Made by a program: the position numbers and the translations under genes. Source: Octopus sinensis (taxonomy: Eukaryota). From it: 64,000 nt of DNA. The first letter of the stretch is position 1. The number at the start of each line of letters is the position of its first letter. Under the pieces are notes generated by a model that was not told the origin of the DNA, did not search any database, and saw only the letters and a program-made list of their open reading frames with translations. This document shows positions 26,840 to 38,807 of the stretch, piece by piece. The stretch is from NCBI RefSeq assembly GCF_006345805.1, contig NC_043022.1:4836001-4900000 (forward strand), read 5' to 3'.

Positions 26840-27594
26840 GACACAGAAAAAACAAGGACAGGAAAAAAATGTGTGTAGTGGTTAATGATCTATCATGGCG
26901 ACTAGTGCCGGACAGAAGGGTCACGCACGAGAAGGAAAGTAGGAGAGATAACAAGGTAAAGATGACCCCCAACACGAAGGTGCGTGTGTGTATGAGAGTA
27001 TGTATGTTTGTGTGAAAGAGGGCTGGTGGTCTGGACGTGTGCGTGTATGTATATGTAGGTGTGAAAATGTGGGGATGGGTGTGTGGGTGGTGTGTTGTGT
27101 TGTGATGTGTAATGTTGTATGGTGTGGTGTGGTGTGATGTTGTTGGGAGGTGGGGGAGGCGAGAGTGGGGAAAGCATGGGCGGGGTGTGGGTTCGGCTGA
27201 GGGTTTGGGGCAGAGTTGGGGTTTGTGGTAGGCAAGGGGTGGGGGTAGAGGTGTGGTATGTGAGGGAGGGTGTGTGGGATAGGATGGGGGGATGGGAAGG
27301 ATAGGGAAGGTGGTGTAGGGGTGGGTGGGCTTATGGGGGAGGGGAAGGTGTATACATATATATACCTACACATATATACATATATATATATATATGCATG
27401 TATCTGTGTGTTTGTGTGTACATATGAATATATATATATACATATATATATATATACATATAACATATATATATATGCATGTATCTGTGTGTTTGTGTGT
27501 ACATATGAATATACATATATACATATATATATATACATATATATATATACACACATATATATACATATATATACATATATATACATGTGTATAT

Positions 27595-27940
27595 GGTGTG
27601 TTATGAGAATTTATGGAGAGGTATCCCATAGAAACTCAACAAATTTGTTAAAAATGGAGAAGAGTAGATGTTAAAATTTCAAAGAATTTTAATACATGCA
27701 TACAATCATTTCGAACTGCGATATTAACATGTAAATAACATGGCAGAATAATTAAAATTAATTTGATTAAATTAAATTAATTACATATCACTGTTCTTCT
27801 CATTGTAAGAAGTATAAACAAAAAGTTGTTATTATTACAGAGGACTTGATAAAGGAAAGAGAAGAGAACAAATTCGGATGTACATATTCTAACCTTCTGG
27901 AAACTGAGAGCATCATAACAAAGAATGGGAGTCTAGTTGT
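27595..27940. repeat. Interspersed AT-rich repeat (possibly Penelope-like), homologous to 38100-38800
   Basis: Shares cccata.aaactcaacaa.tt.gttaaaaatggagaagag.agatgttaaaat and aattaatta.atatcactgt; the 38 kb copy is interrupted by a SINE A. Confidence 0.6.
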
Positions 27941-27960
27941 GTATAAACATATATACATAT

Positions 27961-28171
27961 CTCTTTTACTTGTTTCAGTCATTTTACTCTGGCCATGCTG
28001 GATCACCGCCTTTAATCGAGCAAATCGACCCCAGGACTTATTCTTCGTAAGCCCAGTACTTATTCTTATTGCTCTGTTTTGCTGAACCGCTAAGTAACGG
28101 CGACATAAACACACCACCATCGGTTGTCAAGCAATGCTAGGAGGACAAACACAGACACACAAACACACACA

Positions 28172-28211
<40 letters not shown>

Positions 28212-28375
28212 TACGATGGGCTTCTTTTCAGTTTCCATCTACCAAATCCACTCACAAGGCTTTGGTCGGCCCGAGGTTATAGTAGAAGACACTTGCCAAG
28301 GTGTCACGCAGTGGGACTGAACCCAGAACCATGTGGTTGGTAAACGAGCTACTTACCACACAGCCACTCCTGCGC
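27961..28375 (-). mobile_element. SINE family A, full length
   Basis: Reverse complement of the family A consensus. Confidence 0.9.
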
Positions 28376-28398
28376 ATATATATGTATATTATTATCTA

Positions 28399-28443
<45 letters not shown>

Positions 28444-28455
28444 GTGTATATATAT

Positions 28456-28746
28456 ATATATGAATTTTTTGTGTAATAAGATAAAAAACCAAGGCTGTGT
28501 AGATATTAAAGCATTTATAGATAGAAAGTCTTACAGCTGTTTCTAGGATATTTATAAATTATATCCCTTCATCTATTTTGTATCACATCTAAATTAACTA
28601 TTACTTAACCATCCTCTCACACCGTCTCCAATGAAGGGATATAATTAATAAATATCCTAGAAACAGCTGTAAGACCTATCTATAAATGCTCTAATATCTA
28701 CACAGCCTTGGTTTTTTTATCTTATTACGCAAAAAATTCTTATATA
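28456..28746. mobile_element. Palindromic Penelope-like terminal remnant with a minimal hammerhead
   Basis: About 115-bp arms around a ~58-bp spacer; plus strand gtct-CCAATGA-agggatat...atatcct-a-GAAAC-AGCT-GTA-agac at 28624-28675. Confidence 0.7.
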
Positions 28747-29166
28747 CACACGCTGACATAGAACCAACGTTGAACCCTTTATATACACACACACACACAC
28801 ACACATATAGGGAGAATTCACAAAAAAACAAAAGATGAAGCCAGGTGGTGTAGACAACAAACAGATGTATTAGTATAACGCTCAGGAATAGAAAAAGTCT
28901 TTTAGGTTTCGAGCCTACACTCTTCCACAGAGAGGAACATAGAAAGAAACAAGGAGCTCACTTTACGTTCAGTTACAATATATATATGTATGTATGTATA
29001 TAGAAAGGGTAAAATATTGCACAGAAAGATGAGAGAGAAACCCACAGAAGAATCACATATAAGATGTGACCATGCTCATACCTCATTGATTATTGGCCCC
29101 AAATCACCTCAATTTTGTGCCATTATCGATAATATATATGTGTGTTTGTAGATATATACATATATA

Positions 29167-29550
29167 GTGGAGGCGCAATGGCCTAGTGGTTAGGGCAGCG
29201 GACTCGCAGTCATAGGATCGCGGTTTCGATTCCCAGACCGGGCGTTGTGAGTGTTTATTGAGCGAAAACACCTAAAGCTCCACGAGGCTCCGGCAGGGGA
29301 TGGTGGTGATCCCTGCTGTACTCTTTCACCACAACTTTCTCTCACTCTTACTTCCTGTTTCTGCTGTACCTGGATTTCAAAGGGCCAGCCTTGTCACTCT
29401 CTGTGTCACGCTGAATATCCCCGAGAACTACGTTAAGGGTACACGTGTCTGTGGAGTGCTCAGCCACTTACACGTTAATTTCATGAGCAGGCTGTTCCGT
29501 TGATTCAGATCAACCGGAACCCTCATCGTCGTAACTGACGGAGTGCTTCC
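29167..29550 (+). mobile_element. tRNA-derived SINE family B, 3' tail type i, full length
   Basis: Same head as 23209; tail ...gagaactacgttaagggtacacgtgtctgtggagtgctcagccac...gacggagtgc; related tails at 22545-22845 and 55762-56062. Confidence 0.88.
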
Positions 29551-29614
29551 ACAATATACATATATATATATATATATATATAATTATATATATGTACTTG
29601 TATATATGTAAAGC

Positions 29615-29945
29615 TAGACTCAAGAGTCATCTTCGTAGTCATAAAGCAAGACAGATAGGTGACAACCTGGCCACTGGTGGTGGTGTAACACACCATACTA
29701 ATCATATCTGTTGGGCATGTGGAAGAGAGTGTAATTTGGCAGGAGGACTTAAACGACATGCAAAGGTACATGAAGCCCAGTTATAACTACAGCCGGCTAT
29801 TACCGGTAAAGGTTTTAATTGCCAATTTTGTACAAGACATTGTAGGTCTTTAGCTGGGATAAAAAGTCACATTCGATCACAGCACCAGTAACAGTTAACC
29901 TTCGTGCAATGGCCATACTTGATAATGAGGGGGCAGCCATAACAT
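29615..29945 (+). pseudogene. LINE (RTE-like) 3' end with tandem C2H2 zinc fingers
   Basis: ..LKSHLRSH..CWACGRECNLAGGLKRHAKVH..[TAA in frame]..CQFCTRHCRSLAGIKSHIRSQH*, followed by a short UTR ending in cagcc. Confidence 0.65.
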
Positions 29946-31080
29946 ATATATATATATGATGATGATGATGAATTATATATATGTACTTTTATATATGTAT
30001 TATGTATGTATGTATATACGTTGATGCTTGTTTTCATGGTCAGTTATAACCCTTTCAACTATAGGTACAAGGCCTGAAATTTCGGGGTAGGGATGTGTCA
30101 ATTACACCAACCCCAGTGTTTCAGTGGTACTTAACTTATTGACCCTGAAAGGATGGAAAGCAAAGTCGACCTTGGTGGAATTTGAACTCAGGACGTAAAG
30201 ACGGGGGAAATGCCACTAAGCAGTTTGCCAGTGTGTGGACGATTCTATCTGCTCACTTTACGATCAGTTATAATAAAAAACACAATTTTGCATTAATCTG
30301 ATTTTCTAATTCATGTTCAGCCAAAATATTTGACCATGGCTTCTGCAGTTGGATGCTCTTCCTATCACTAACCTTTCCACCAATGGTATTAGTTGCATTT
30401 TACTATGGCACCAGCACTGTAGAGGTTACCTTTGCCCTCAGTGAGATGGGACTACAAGGGAACCTCCCAATCCTACTATTTCCTTTCACATATCTGCATC
30501 ATCATCATCATCACCATTGTCACCACCGCCACCACAACTCTCACCACCACCATCTCCATTCCTCTTGGTTGCTCCCCATCATCCGTCTCATCTCGTATCT
30601 CTATCGCTACACACTGCTGCTGCCCTCTATCTGCTGTTTCTGTATGTATCGCTCTAAACTGTGTCGTTCTTTGTCCCTTTCAGAATATTGACTGTAGAAA
30701 AAAAAAAAAGCAGGGGGAGGAAGAAAGAGGAAGAGAGGGAGGGAAGAACTGGAGGGGGGCGGGCGGATGGAAGGAGGTGATGACGGGAAGGAAGATGAAC
30801 AATGACAACAATGACAACGCCAAGTGTCAGTGTTTGTAACAGTGTTATGTGTGCCATGCGGCTCTCTCTCTCTCACCCACACATTTACACACACACACAT
30901 ACACACACATATGCAGTCACAAACACACACACACATAAATGCATATATACATCCATACGCTGACACATTCACACACATACACAGAACCAAATACACATAC
31001 ACCCTTGTGCATATGCAAAGACACAGATATACACCCGTGCTCTCATACACTCGCACACATACACCTACACAAACATATAA

Positions 31081-31146
<66 letters not shown>

Positions 31147-31573
31147 TATACACATATATATATATAACAAAGTAAAGTTGGGTGTTATAGGTATACATAC
31201 ATACACACATGTATATATATATATATGTATATATGTGTATGTATATATATATATAAAAAGATATGTGTATATATATATATATATCATCATCATCATCATC
31301 GTTTAACGTCCGCTTTCCATGCTAGCATGGGTTGGACGGTTCAACTGGGGTCTGGCAAGCCCGAAGGCTGCACCAGGCCAGTCAGATCTGGCAGTGTTTC
31401 TACAGCTGGATGCCCTTATGTGTGTATATATATATACATATGTGTGTATATATATATATGTGTGTGTGTGTATATATATAAAGTATACGCACACACACAC
31501 ATGTATATAGATATAGATATATGTATATATAGATATACATACATATATGTGTGTGTGTATGCATATATATGTA

Positions 31574-31615
<42 letters not shown>

Positions 31616-31789
31616 AGTATATATATACACACACATATATATATACACATGTATATGTGTGTGTGTGTATTCAAACAGTTGTGTCACTTAAGTCCGTAAC
31701 GAAAGCCACCAACTATCAAATTCATGGAAATAAGATATGAGCAGAAAGAGAAGGAAAGAAAATTGACTTTAACACAAAAGAGTTCACCA

Positions 31790-31836
31790 CACAATGGATT
31801 TTCTCCCTTTCATAAACAACAACAACAATAATAATA

Positions 31837-31879
<43 letters not shown>

Positions 31880-32152
31880 CAACACCAACAATAATAATAA
31901 TGGTAATTGTAACAATGAAAACAATAACAATAATAATAAACAGAATGAAAATAGTAACAAGGACAAGAATAATATGGAAAGTGGTAGTAGTAGTAGTAGT
32001 CGGAAGAAGAAAAGGAAGAAGAGTGGGAGCAGTCCCGAAGAAGAGGAAGAAGAAGATCAAGGAGCTGAATTGTGGTGGTGATGATGATGATGATGATGAT
32101 GACAACGACAATGATGACAATAATAATAATAGTGTTAATAATAACAACAATC

Positions 32153-32184
<32 letters not shown>

Positions 32185-32340
32185 CTATAATAATAATAAT
32201 AACAATCATCGTAATAATAGTGACAGTAATAATAAACTATAATAATAATAATAAACTATAATAATAATAAGAAGAAGAAGAAGAAGAATGATAATAATAA
32301 TAATAATAATAATAAATATAATGAAGATAATAATAACGAT
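31790..32340. repeat. Compound (AAT)/(GAT)/(AAC)/(GAA) trinucleotide tract
   Basis: Directly visible. Confidence 0.95.
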
Positions 32341-32536
32341 GATAAAATCCAGTTATTTCATTGTGGTGTTTCGTTTTTCATCCGGAAAGCTTTCCGATTT
32401 ATTTCCTGAAAATTGCACTTCTGCGAGCTCTGCCAGTTCTACCAGTTCTTTGAGATCTCTTCTCAGTTGAAGACTTTGACATTCAGAAACAAAGAATTCT
32501 CCATGAAAAAAGAGGCTCACCTATTTATTTACATTC

Positions 32537-32587
<51 letters not shown>

Positions 32588-32661
32588 TATATATATATAT
32601 ATATGTATATACACACACACAATGCACTCATACATACATACATACATACATGTATGTATAT

Positions 32662-32728
<67 letters not shown>

Positions 32729-33094
32729 CTATATATATGTGTGTGTGTATATATATACAGTGCGGCCTCGACTGGGTTCCATGCAGGTAGCACGTAAAAT
32801 GCACCAATCCGACCGTGGCCAATGCCAGCCTCGCCTGGCACCAGTGCAGGTGGCACGTAAAAAGCACCCACTACACTCACGGAGTGGTTGACGTTAGGAA
32901 GGCCATCCAGCTGTAGAAACATTGCCAGATAAGACCTGAGCCTGGTGCAGCCTCCTGGCTTCCCAGATCCCCGGTCGAACCGTCCAACCCATGCCAGCAT
33001 GGAAAGCGGACGTTAAACGATGATGATGATGATATATATATTTATGCGATGGTTTTTGGTAAGCAGTGTTGATTTTTACAATTCTTTAAATAAT

Positions 33095-33430
33095 AATAAT
33101 GGTATTCTTATAAGCTTACAGCTTCTAAGTGATCACCACGCAATGACTAAAGAAAATAGTCTAATAATGGGGCATATAAGCCCTCGCCAGAAAAAAGTAG
33201 GCTTTGCAATATTCGTGGGACTCAAACACACACGTCATAATTAGTTTATTAAATGTGAAAGAAATCAGCAGGTTGTGTGTTGGTGTAACAGTAGCACACT
33301 TGGTTGCGAAAACCAAGAGGTGTGTGTTCAAGTCCCATGTGTATGGGAAAAACTTACTTTTTTCTGGCAAGGGGACTGATATGCCCAGTAATTGCTTATA
33401 AGCTTTAAGTTTATAAAAATACTATTAGTA
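33095..33430. mobile_element. Diverged palindromic (foldback/MITE-like) element
   Basis: gggcatat.ag.ccct.gccagaaaaaagta.g...gggact..aacacacac at 33168-33232 is inverted at 33319-33387; the match extends outward to gtatt.ttataa.ctta.agctt. Confidence 0.6.
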
Positions 33431-34550
33431 TTATTTACAGAATATAGGCGCAGTAGTTTGCTTACCAACCACATGGTTCCGGGTTTAGTCGCACTGCGTA
33501 GTACCTTTGGCAAGTGTCTCCTACTATAGCCTCGGGCCGATCAAAGCCTTGTGAGTGGTTTTGGTAGACAGAAACTGAAAGAAGCCCATCATATATATAT
33601 ATATATTTATCAAAACAAACTCTATATATATACAAAGTTTTTTTTAAATGATAGCCTTGGTTATTAACAAACAATTCAAAATGGTAAGGAATCTGAATTC
33701 CTTGTCTAAAGTTCTTAAGTTCCATAAATGGTTTTCCCCTCACAGACAGGAATCAGCCCACAGATTCTATTATCTTATGAAAGAATTATTTTGGCCTCCT
33801 GAAGGAAATGTTGGTTGACGGTAAGTCTAGACAGCTTTTAATATTTTGTTTCAAATTTTGTCCCAAGGCCAGAAATTTCAAGGGAGGGAGGGGGGGTTTA
33901 AGCTGATCATACCAATCCCCAGTGTTCAACTAGTACTTGTTTTATTGGTCTTGAAGGGATGAAGGGCAAAGCTGACCTGAACAAGATCTGAATTTGAACT
34001 CAGAATCTGAAGAATGAAATCCTGCTAAGCATTTTGCCCAGCAAGCTAACGATTCTGCCAGCTCATCACCTTAATACTAATATTACTACTAATACTAATA
34101 ATGGTCTCAAATTTTGGCACAAGGCCAGCAATTTTGGGGAGGAGTAAAGTTGATTACATTGACCCCCATGCTCAACTGAAAGATGCCCTTCGTGTGTGTG
34201 GTGGGGGTTTGTCCCTCATCACTGCTTGACAACCAGTGTTGGTGTGGTTATGTCCTCTGTGACTTAGTAGTTCAGCTAAAGAGACTGGTTAAATAATTAC
34301 TAGGCTTAATAAAATTAAGTATTTGGGTCGATTCAAAGTTCTTCAAGACAGTGCCCCAGCATGGCCACAGTCTAATGACTGAAACAAGCAAAACATGATA
34401 GTGTAAACTGCAACCAGAAGTGAACAGAAAAGGGAGTATTTAATAGATGCAGGTGAACAGCTGTTTTCAGCCGGTCGTTCAACAACTGTTTATCTACAAG
34501 ACAGGAACAAGAGGTGGACAGATGTTTATCTAACTAAAAGGTGGACATAA

Positions 34551-35862
34551 TATTGGGTCATCCCATAAATAATGCATTTTTTTCAATTACATGAACTAAA
34601 AATTGAAGGGCAATGGGATAAACTACCTGCATCAACTTGCTATAAAAGCAGGTAGTAATTTTACCTTGTGCTTATTCTTAGTGCAAATTTTGAAGAGTGC
34701 AGTTCGATTTTAACATTTTTTCAAAGTTATGGGAAGCACTCCGTCAGTTCCGACGACGAAGGTTCTGGTTAATCTGATCAACGGAACAGCCTGCTCGTGA
34801 AATTAATGTGTAAGTGGCTGAGCACTCCATAGACACGTCTACCCTTAACGTAGTTCTTGGGGATATTCAGCGTGACACAGAGAGTGACAAGGCCGGCCCT
34901 TTGAAATACAGGTACAACAGAAACAGGAAGTAAGAGTGAGAGAAAGTTGTGGTGAAAGAGTACAGCAGGGATCACCACCATCCTTGATGGAGCCTCATGG
35001 AGCTTTAGGTGTTTTCACTCAATAAACACTCACAACGCCCGGTCTGGGAATCGAAACTGCGATCCTACGACCGTGAGTCCGCTGCCCTAACCACTGGGCC
35101 ATTGCGCCTCCACTTTCAAAGTTATAATGGAAGTGACAAAGGAATATATTTGGCATATTTTGCTTTATGAGTTCAATACAGGCAACAATGCAATGGAAAG
35201 TATGAGGAATATTAATGCAGTTTACAGGGAACGGAGAATAAGTGTAAGCCAGTGTCAACGGTGGTTCCAGAAATTCTGAGCTGGAAATTACAGTCTAGAA
35301 GACAAACCTCATCCTGGAAGATCTGCAGAGCTCAACGAGGATGTCATGCAAAGCCTGGTGGAACAAAATTTCATTGTAACTGTTGGGGAAGTAGCAGAGA
35401 AGCTTGGATTTGGTCATTCAACCATTCATCGACAGCAGCGCTAAAAGAAAAACGACTGACTTTTAAGATGAAAGGTGTTCTTCCATCAGGATAATGCCCG
35501 ACCACATACAGCGAGGATAACATTCCAGAGGCTGGAGCAGTTTGAATGGGAAACGATGCCCCATTCACCATATTCGTCAGACATTGCCCCATCTGATTAT
35601 TATTTATTCCGTAGTCTTCAAAATTATTTGAACAGAAAAAATATGAATTTTGTAGACAAGGTCAGAACAGTACGGGAGGAGTATTTTTCATTACGGACAA
35701 GTGAATTTTGGGAAAGGGCCCTTGCAAGTCTACCAGATAAATGGAAGAGCACCATGGAAAATGAAAGAGAGTATATTTTAGATTAAAAAAGAAGTTTGTC
35801 TTAATTTTGAAAAATAAAAGAAGTATAAAAAAAACCCACATTATTTATGGGGTGACCCAATT
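34551..35862 (+). mobile_element. Mariner element with an internally deleted transposase
   Basis: TIRs tattgggtca(t/c)cccataaataatg at both ends; MEVTKEYIWHILLYEF...CQRWFQKF*AGNYSLED..GR then HQDNARPH...PHSPYSSDIAPSDYYLFRSLQN; first catalytic Asp region is deleted. Confidence 0.92.
34733..35112 (-). mobile_element. SINE family B inserted in the mariner, just upstream of its ATG
   Basis: 12-bp TSD tttcaaagttat on both sides. Confidence 0.9.
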
Positions 35863-35863
35863 A

Positions 35864-36240
35864 GATACAGGTGAAAAACATTTTTCAGTTGGTGGTTTAA
35901 TGACTGTTTACCTGCAAGACTAAAACCAAAAATAAACAAATGGTTATCTGATAAACCAGTGGACAGGACAGCTATAAGTAAACACTGTTCTTTAATAACT
36001 GCTATTAAAGGTGAACATATTCACCTGTCATTATAAAATGACAAATACATAATAGATACAGGTGAACAATGTTTTTCAGTTGGTGGTTTAGAGACTGTTT
36101 GCTGACAAGACTAAAACCAGAAATAAACAAATGTTTATTTAATAAATCAGGGGACAAGACAGCCATAAGTAAACAGTATTCTTTAATAACTGTTATCAAA
36201 GGTGAACACATTCACCTGTCGTTATAATGAACCCAGTAGG
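35864..36240. repeat. 191-bp tandem repeat (2 copies here plus a partial copy at 34441-34548)
   Basis: acaggtgaa..a..tttttcagttggtggttta at 35867 and 36058; a partial copy lies left of the mariner. Confidence 0.8.
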
Positions 36241-36632
36241 TAGCTTTAATAACTGTCTGTCTGCAAGGGTGAAGCCAGAAGGAGACAAACCAAGGTGTTT
36301 ATCTAAAACAATGTAAACCAGATGCAATGTGTATGAATAAGAGACTCTTGATACTTGATGAGGAATTCTGGTAAAAATCAATACTTTAGAGATTACAAAC
36401 TGATATCACAGATATTAGAGATCAATATTGCTGACAATAACAATCAATAGAAGTTAATGAAAATCAATATTGATGAAATAAAACCAATATTATAGACATC
36501 GATTTCAGATATATTTTTGTTTATTTGTTTTCTTCCTTTTTTTTTGTCTTTTATTAAATAATGGTCTTTGTTTCATTATTGGCAGACGAGTTTAAAATAG
36601 AATCCCTCATCATTTAGAATGATATCCATATA

Positions 36633-37040
36633 GGCGCAGGAGTGGCTGTGTGGTAAGTAGCTTGCCTACCAACCACATGGTTCCGGGTTCAGTCCCACTG
36701 CGTGGCACCTTGGGCAAGTGTCTTCTACTATAGCCTCGGGCCGACCAAAGCCTTGTGAGTGGATTTGGTAGACGGAAACTGAAAGAAGCCTGTCGCATAT
36801 ATGTGTCTATATATATATATATGTATGTGTGCGTGTATGTCTGTGTCTGTCCCCCTGGCATTGCTTGACAACCGATGCTGGTGTGTTTATGTCCCCGTTA
36901 CCTAGCGGTTCGGCAAAAGAGACCAATAGAATAAGTACTGGGCTTACAAAGAATAAGTCCCGGGGTCGAGTTGCTCGACTGAAGGCGGTGCTCCAGCATG
37001 GCCGCAGTCAAATGACTGAAACAAGTAAAGAGTAAAGAGT
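36633..37040 (+). mobile_element. SINE family A, full length
   Basis: Family A head, body and tail. Confidence 0.9.
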
Positions 37041-38013
37041 ATATGGTGGTCGATGCCTGCTGTAAAGGGTTCAAATCTCATAAAATTCCTCTACAAGTCA
37101 TTGGGAGGAAAACAATATTTTTTGTGAATGGTTGTCTTATTGTTCAATTGGCTTCTGTGAATAGACAGTGGCCATACTGAGGCATTTATGGAGGCTTAGT
37201 GGTTAGGGTTTTATAGGACTCATGATCGTAAGACTGTGGTTTCAATTCTTGGACCAGGCGACTTCACTTCATGTTGCTTCAGTCCACTTGGCTGGCAAAA
37301 GTGAGTAATCCTGCAAAAGACTGGCACCGTGAATTGGAGCCTGGTGCAGCCTTCTGACTTGCCAGCTCTCAGTCAAGCCATCCAACCTATGCCAGCGTGG
37401 AAAGCAGACATTAAATGACAACAATGATGATGATGATGATGAGAATGAAACTGAGAAACCGGCCCTTATGGGTTCGTATGACTCAAAAAGCTAACTTTAC
37501 CTTTATCTATGCTGGGGTCTTGCTTTTATAGGGTTCTTTATATATATGGTTCCAGGTTCCGGGTTCAGAAGTGTCTTCTGCTATAGCCCCGGGCCGACCA
37601 ATGCCTTGTGAGTGGATTTGGTAGACGGAAACTAAAAGAAGCCTGTCGTATATATGTATATATATGTATGTGTATATGTGTGTATGTGTATGTGTGTGTG
37701 TTTGTGTGTGTGTGTTTGTCCCCCTAGCATTGCTTGACAACCGATGCTGGTGTGTTTACGTCCCCATCACTTAGTGGTTCGGCAAAAGAGACCGATAGAA
37801 TAAGTACTAGGCTTACAAAGAATAAGTCCTGGGGTCGATTTGCTCGACTAAAAGGCGGTGCTCCAGCATGGCCACAGTCAAATGACTGAAACAAGTAAAA
37901 GAGTATAGTTAATCAAAATAAAAATGAAGAAAAACACACAAAAAAACCCAACAAATGTGAGGACGTGGTACATGTAAAGTATTAGCAGACGCTCAGGGAA
38001 GGAAAGGGTGGTA

Positions 38014-38048
38014 GTTTTATATTTCGAGCAAAGTTCTTCTTCAGAAAC
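38014..38048 (-). ncRNA. Minimal hammerhead-like motif with canonical CTGAAGA core (decayed)
   Basis: gttt-CTGAAGA-a-gaac ttt gctc-GAAA-ta-TA-aaac; the CG-to-TA change is consistent with CpG decay; downstream cctgagcgt..ctaatac is shared with the U6 family. Confidence 0.55.
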
Positions 38049-38195
38049 AGGAGACCGAGGAAAATGTTGCCAATGATCTACATGTGGTTATATATATTTG
38101 TGTATATGATGTGTTGTGAATTTATGGGAAGAAACCCCATAAAACTCAACAATTTAGTTAAAAATGGAGAAGAGAAGATGTTAAAATATATAAGA

Positions 38196-38360
38196 GGCGC
38201 AGGAGTGGCTGTGTGGTAAGTAGCTTGCTTACCAACCACATGGTTCCGGGTTCAGTCCCACTGCGTGGCACCTTGGGCAAGTGTCTTCTGCTATAGCACC
38301 GGGCCAACCAAAGCCTTGTGAGTGGATTTGGTAGACGGAAACTGAAAGAAGCCCGTTGTA

Positions 38361-38398
<38 letters not shown>

Positions 38399-38620
38399 TG
38401 TGTGTTTGTGTGTCTGTGTTTGTCCCCCTAGCATTGCTTGACAACCGATGCTGGTGTGTTTATGTCCCCGTCACTTAGCGGTTCGGCAAAAAGAGACCGA
38501 TAGAATAAGTACTGGGCTTACAAAAAGAATAAGTCCCGGGGTCGAGTTGCTCGATTAAAGGCAGTGCTCCAGCATGGCCGCAGTCAAATGACTGAAACAA
38601 GTAAAAGAGTAAAAGAGAGA
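38196..38620 (+). mobile_element. SINE family A, full length
   Basis: Family A head, body and tail. Confidence 0.9.
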
Positions 38621-38807
38621 GTAAGAGAATTTTAATTCATGCAGATGATCGTTTCATACAGAGATATAAAGATCAGGCAAATTCATGATTGAATTGAATT
38701 AAATTAACTTAATTAATTATATATCACTGTACACTTCAGTGCAAGAAGTATAAAAAGAACTTGAGGAAGGACATAGCAGAATGGAATCTAGGAGATTCAT
38801 ATTTATC

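Noticed and set aside
31794-32190. Poly-N/D/M/I ORFs (also 49.1-49.7 kb poly-Pro/Thr and 48.4-48.9 kb Gly/His)
   Set aside because: Trinucleotide microsatellite translations, open on both strands.
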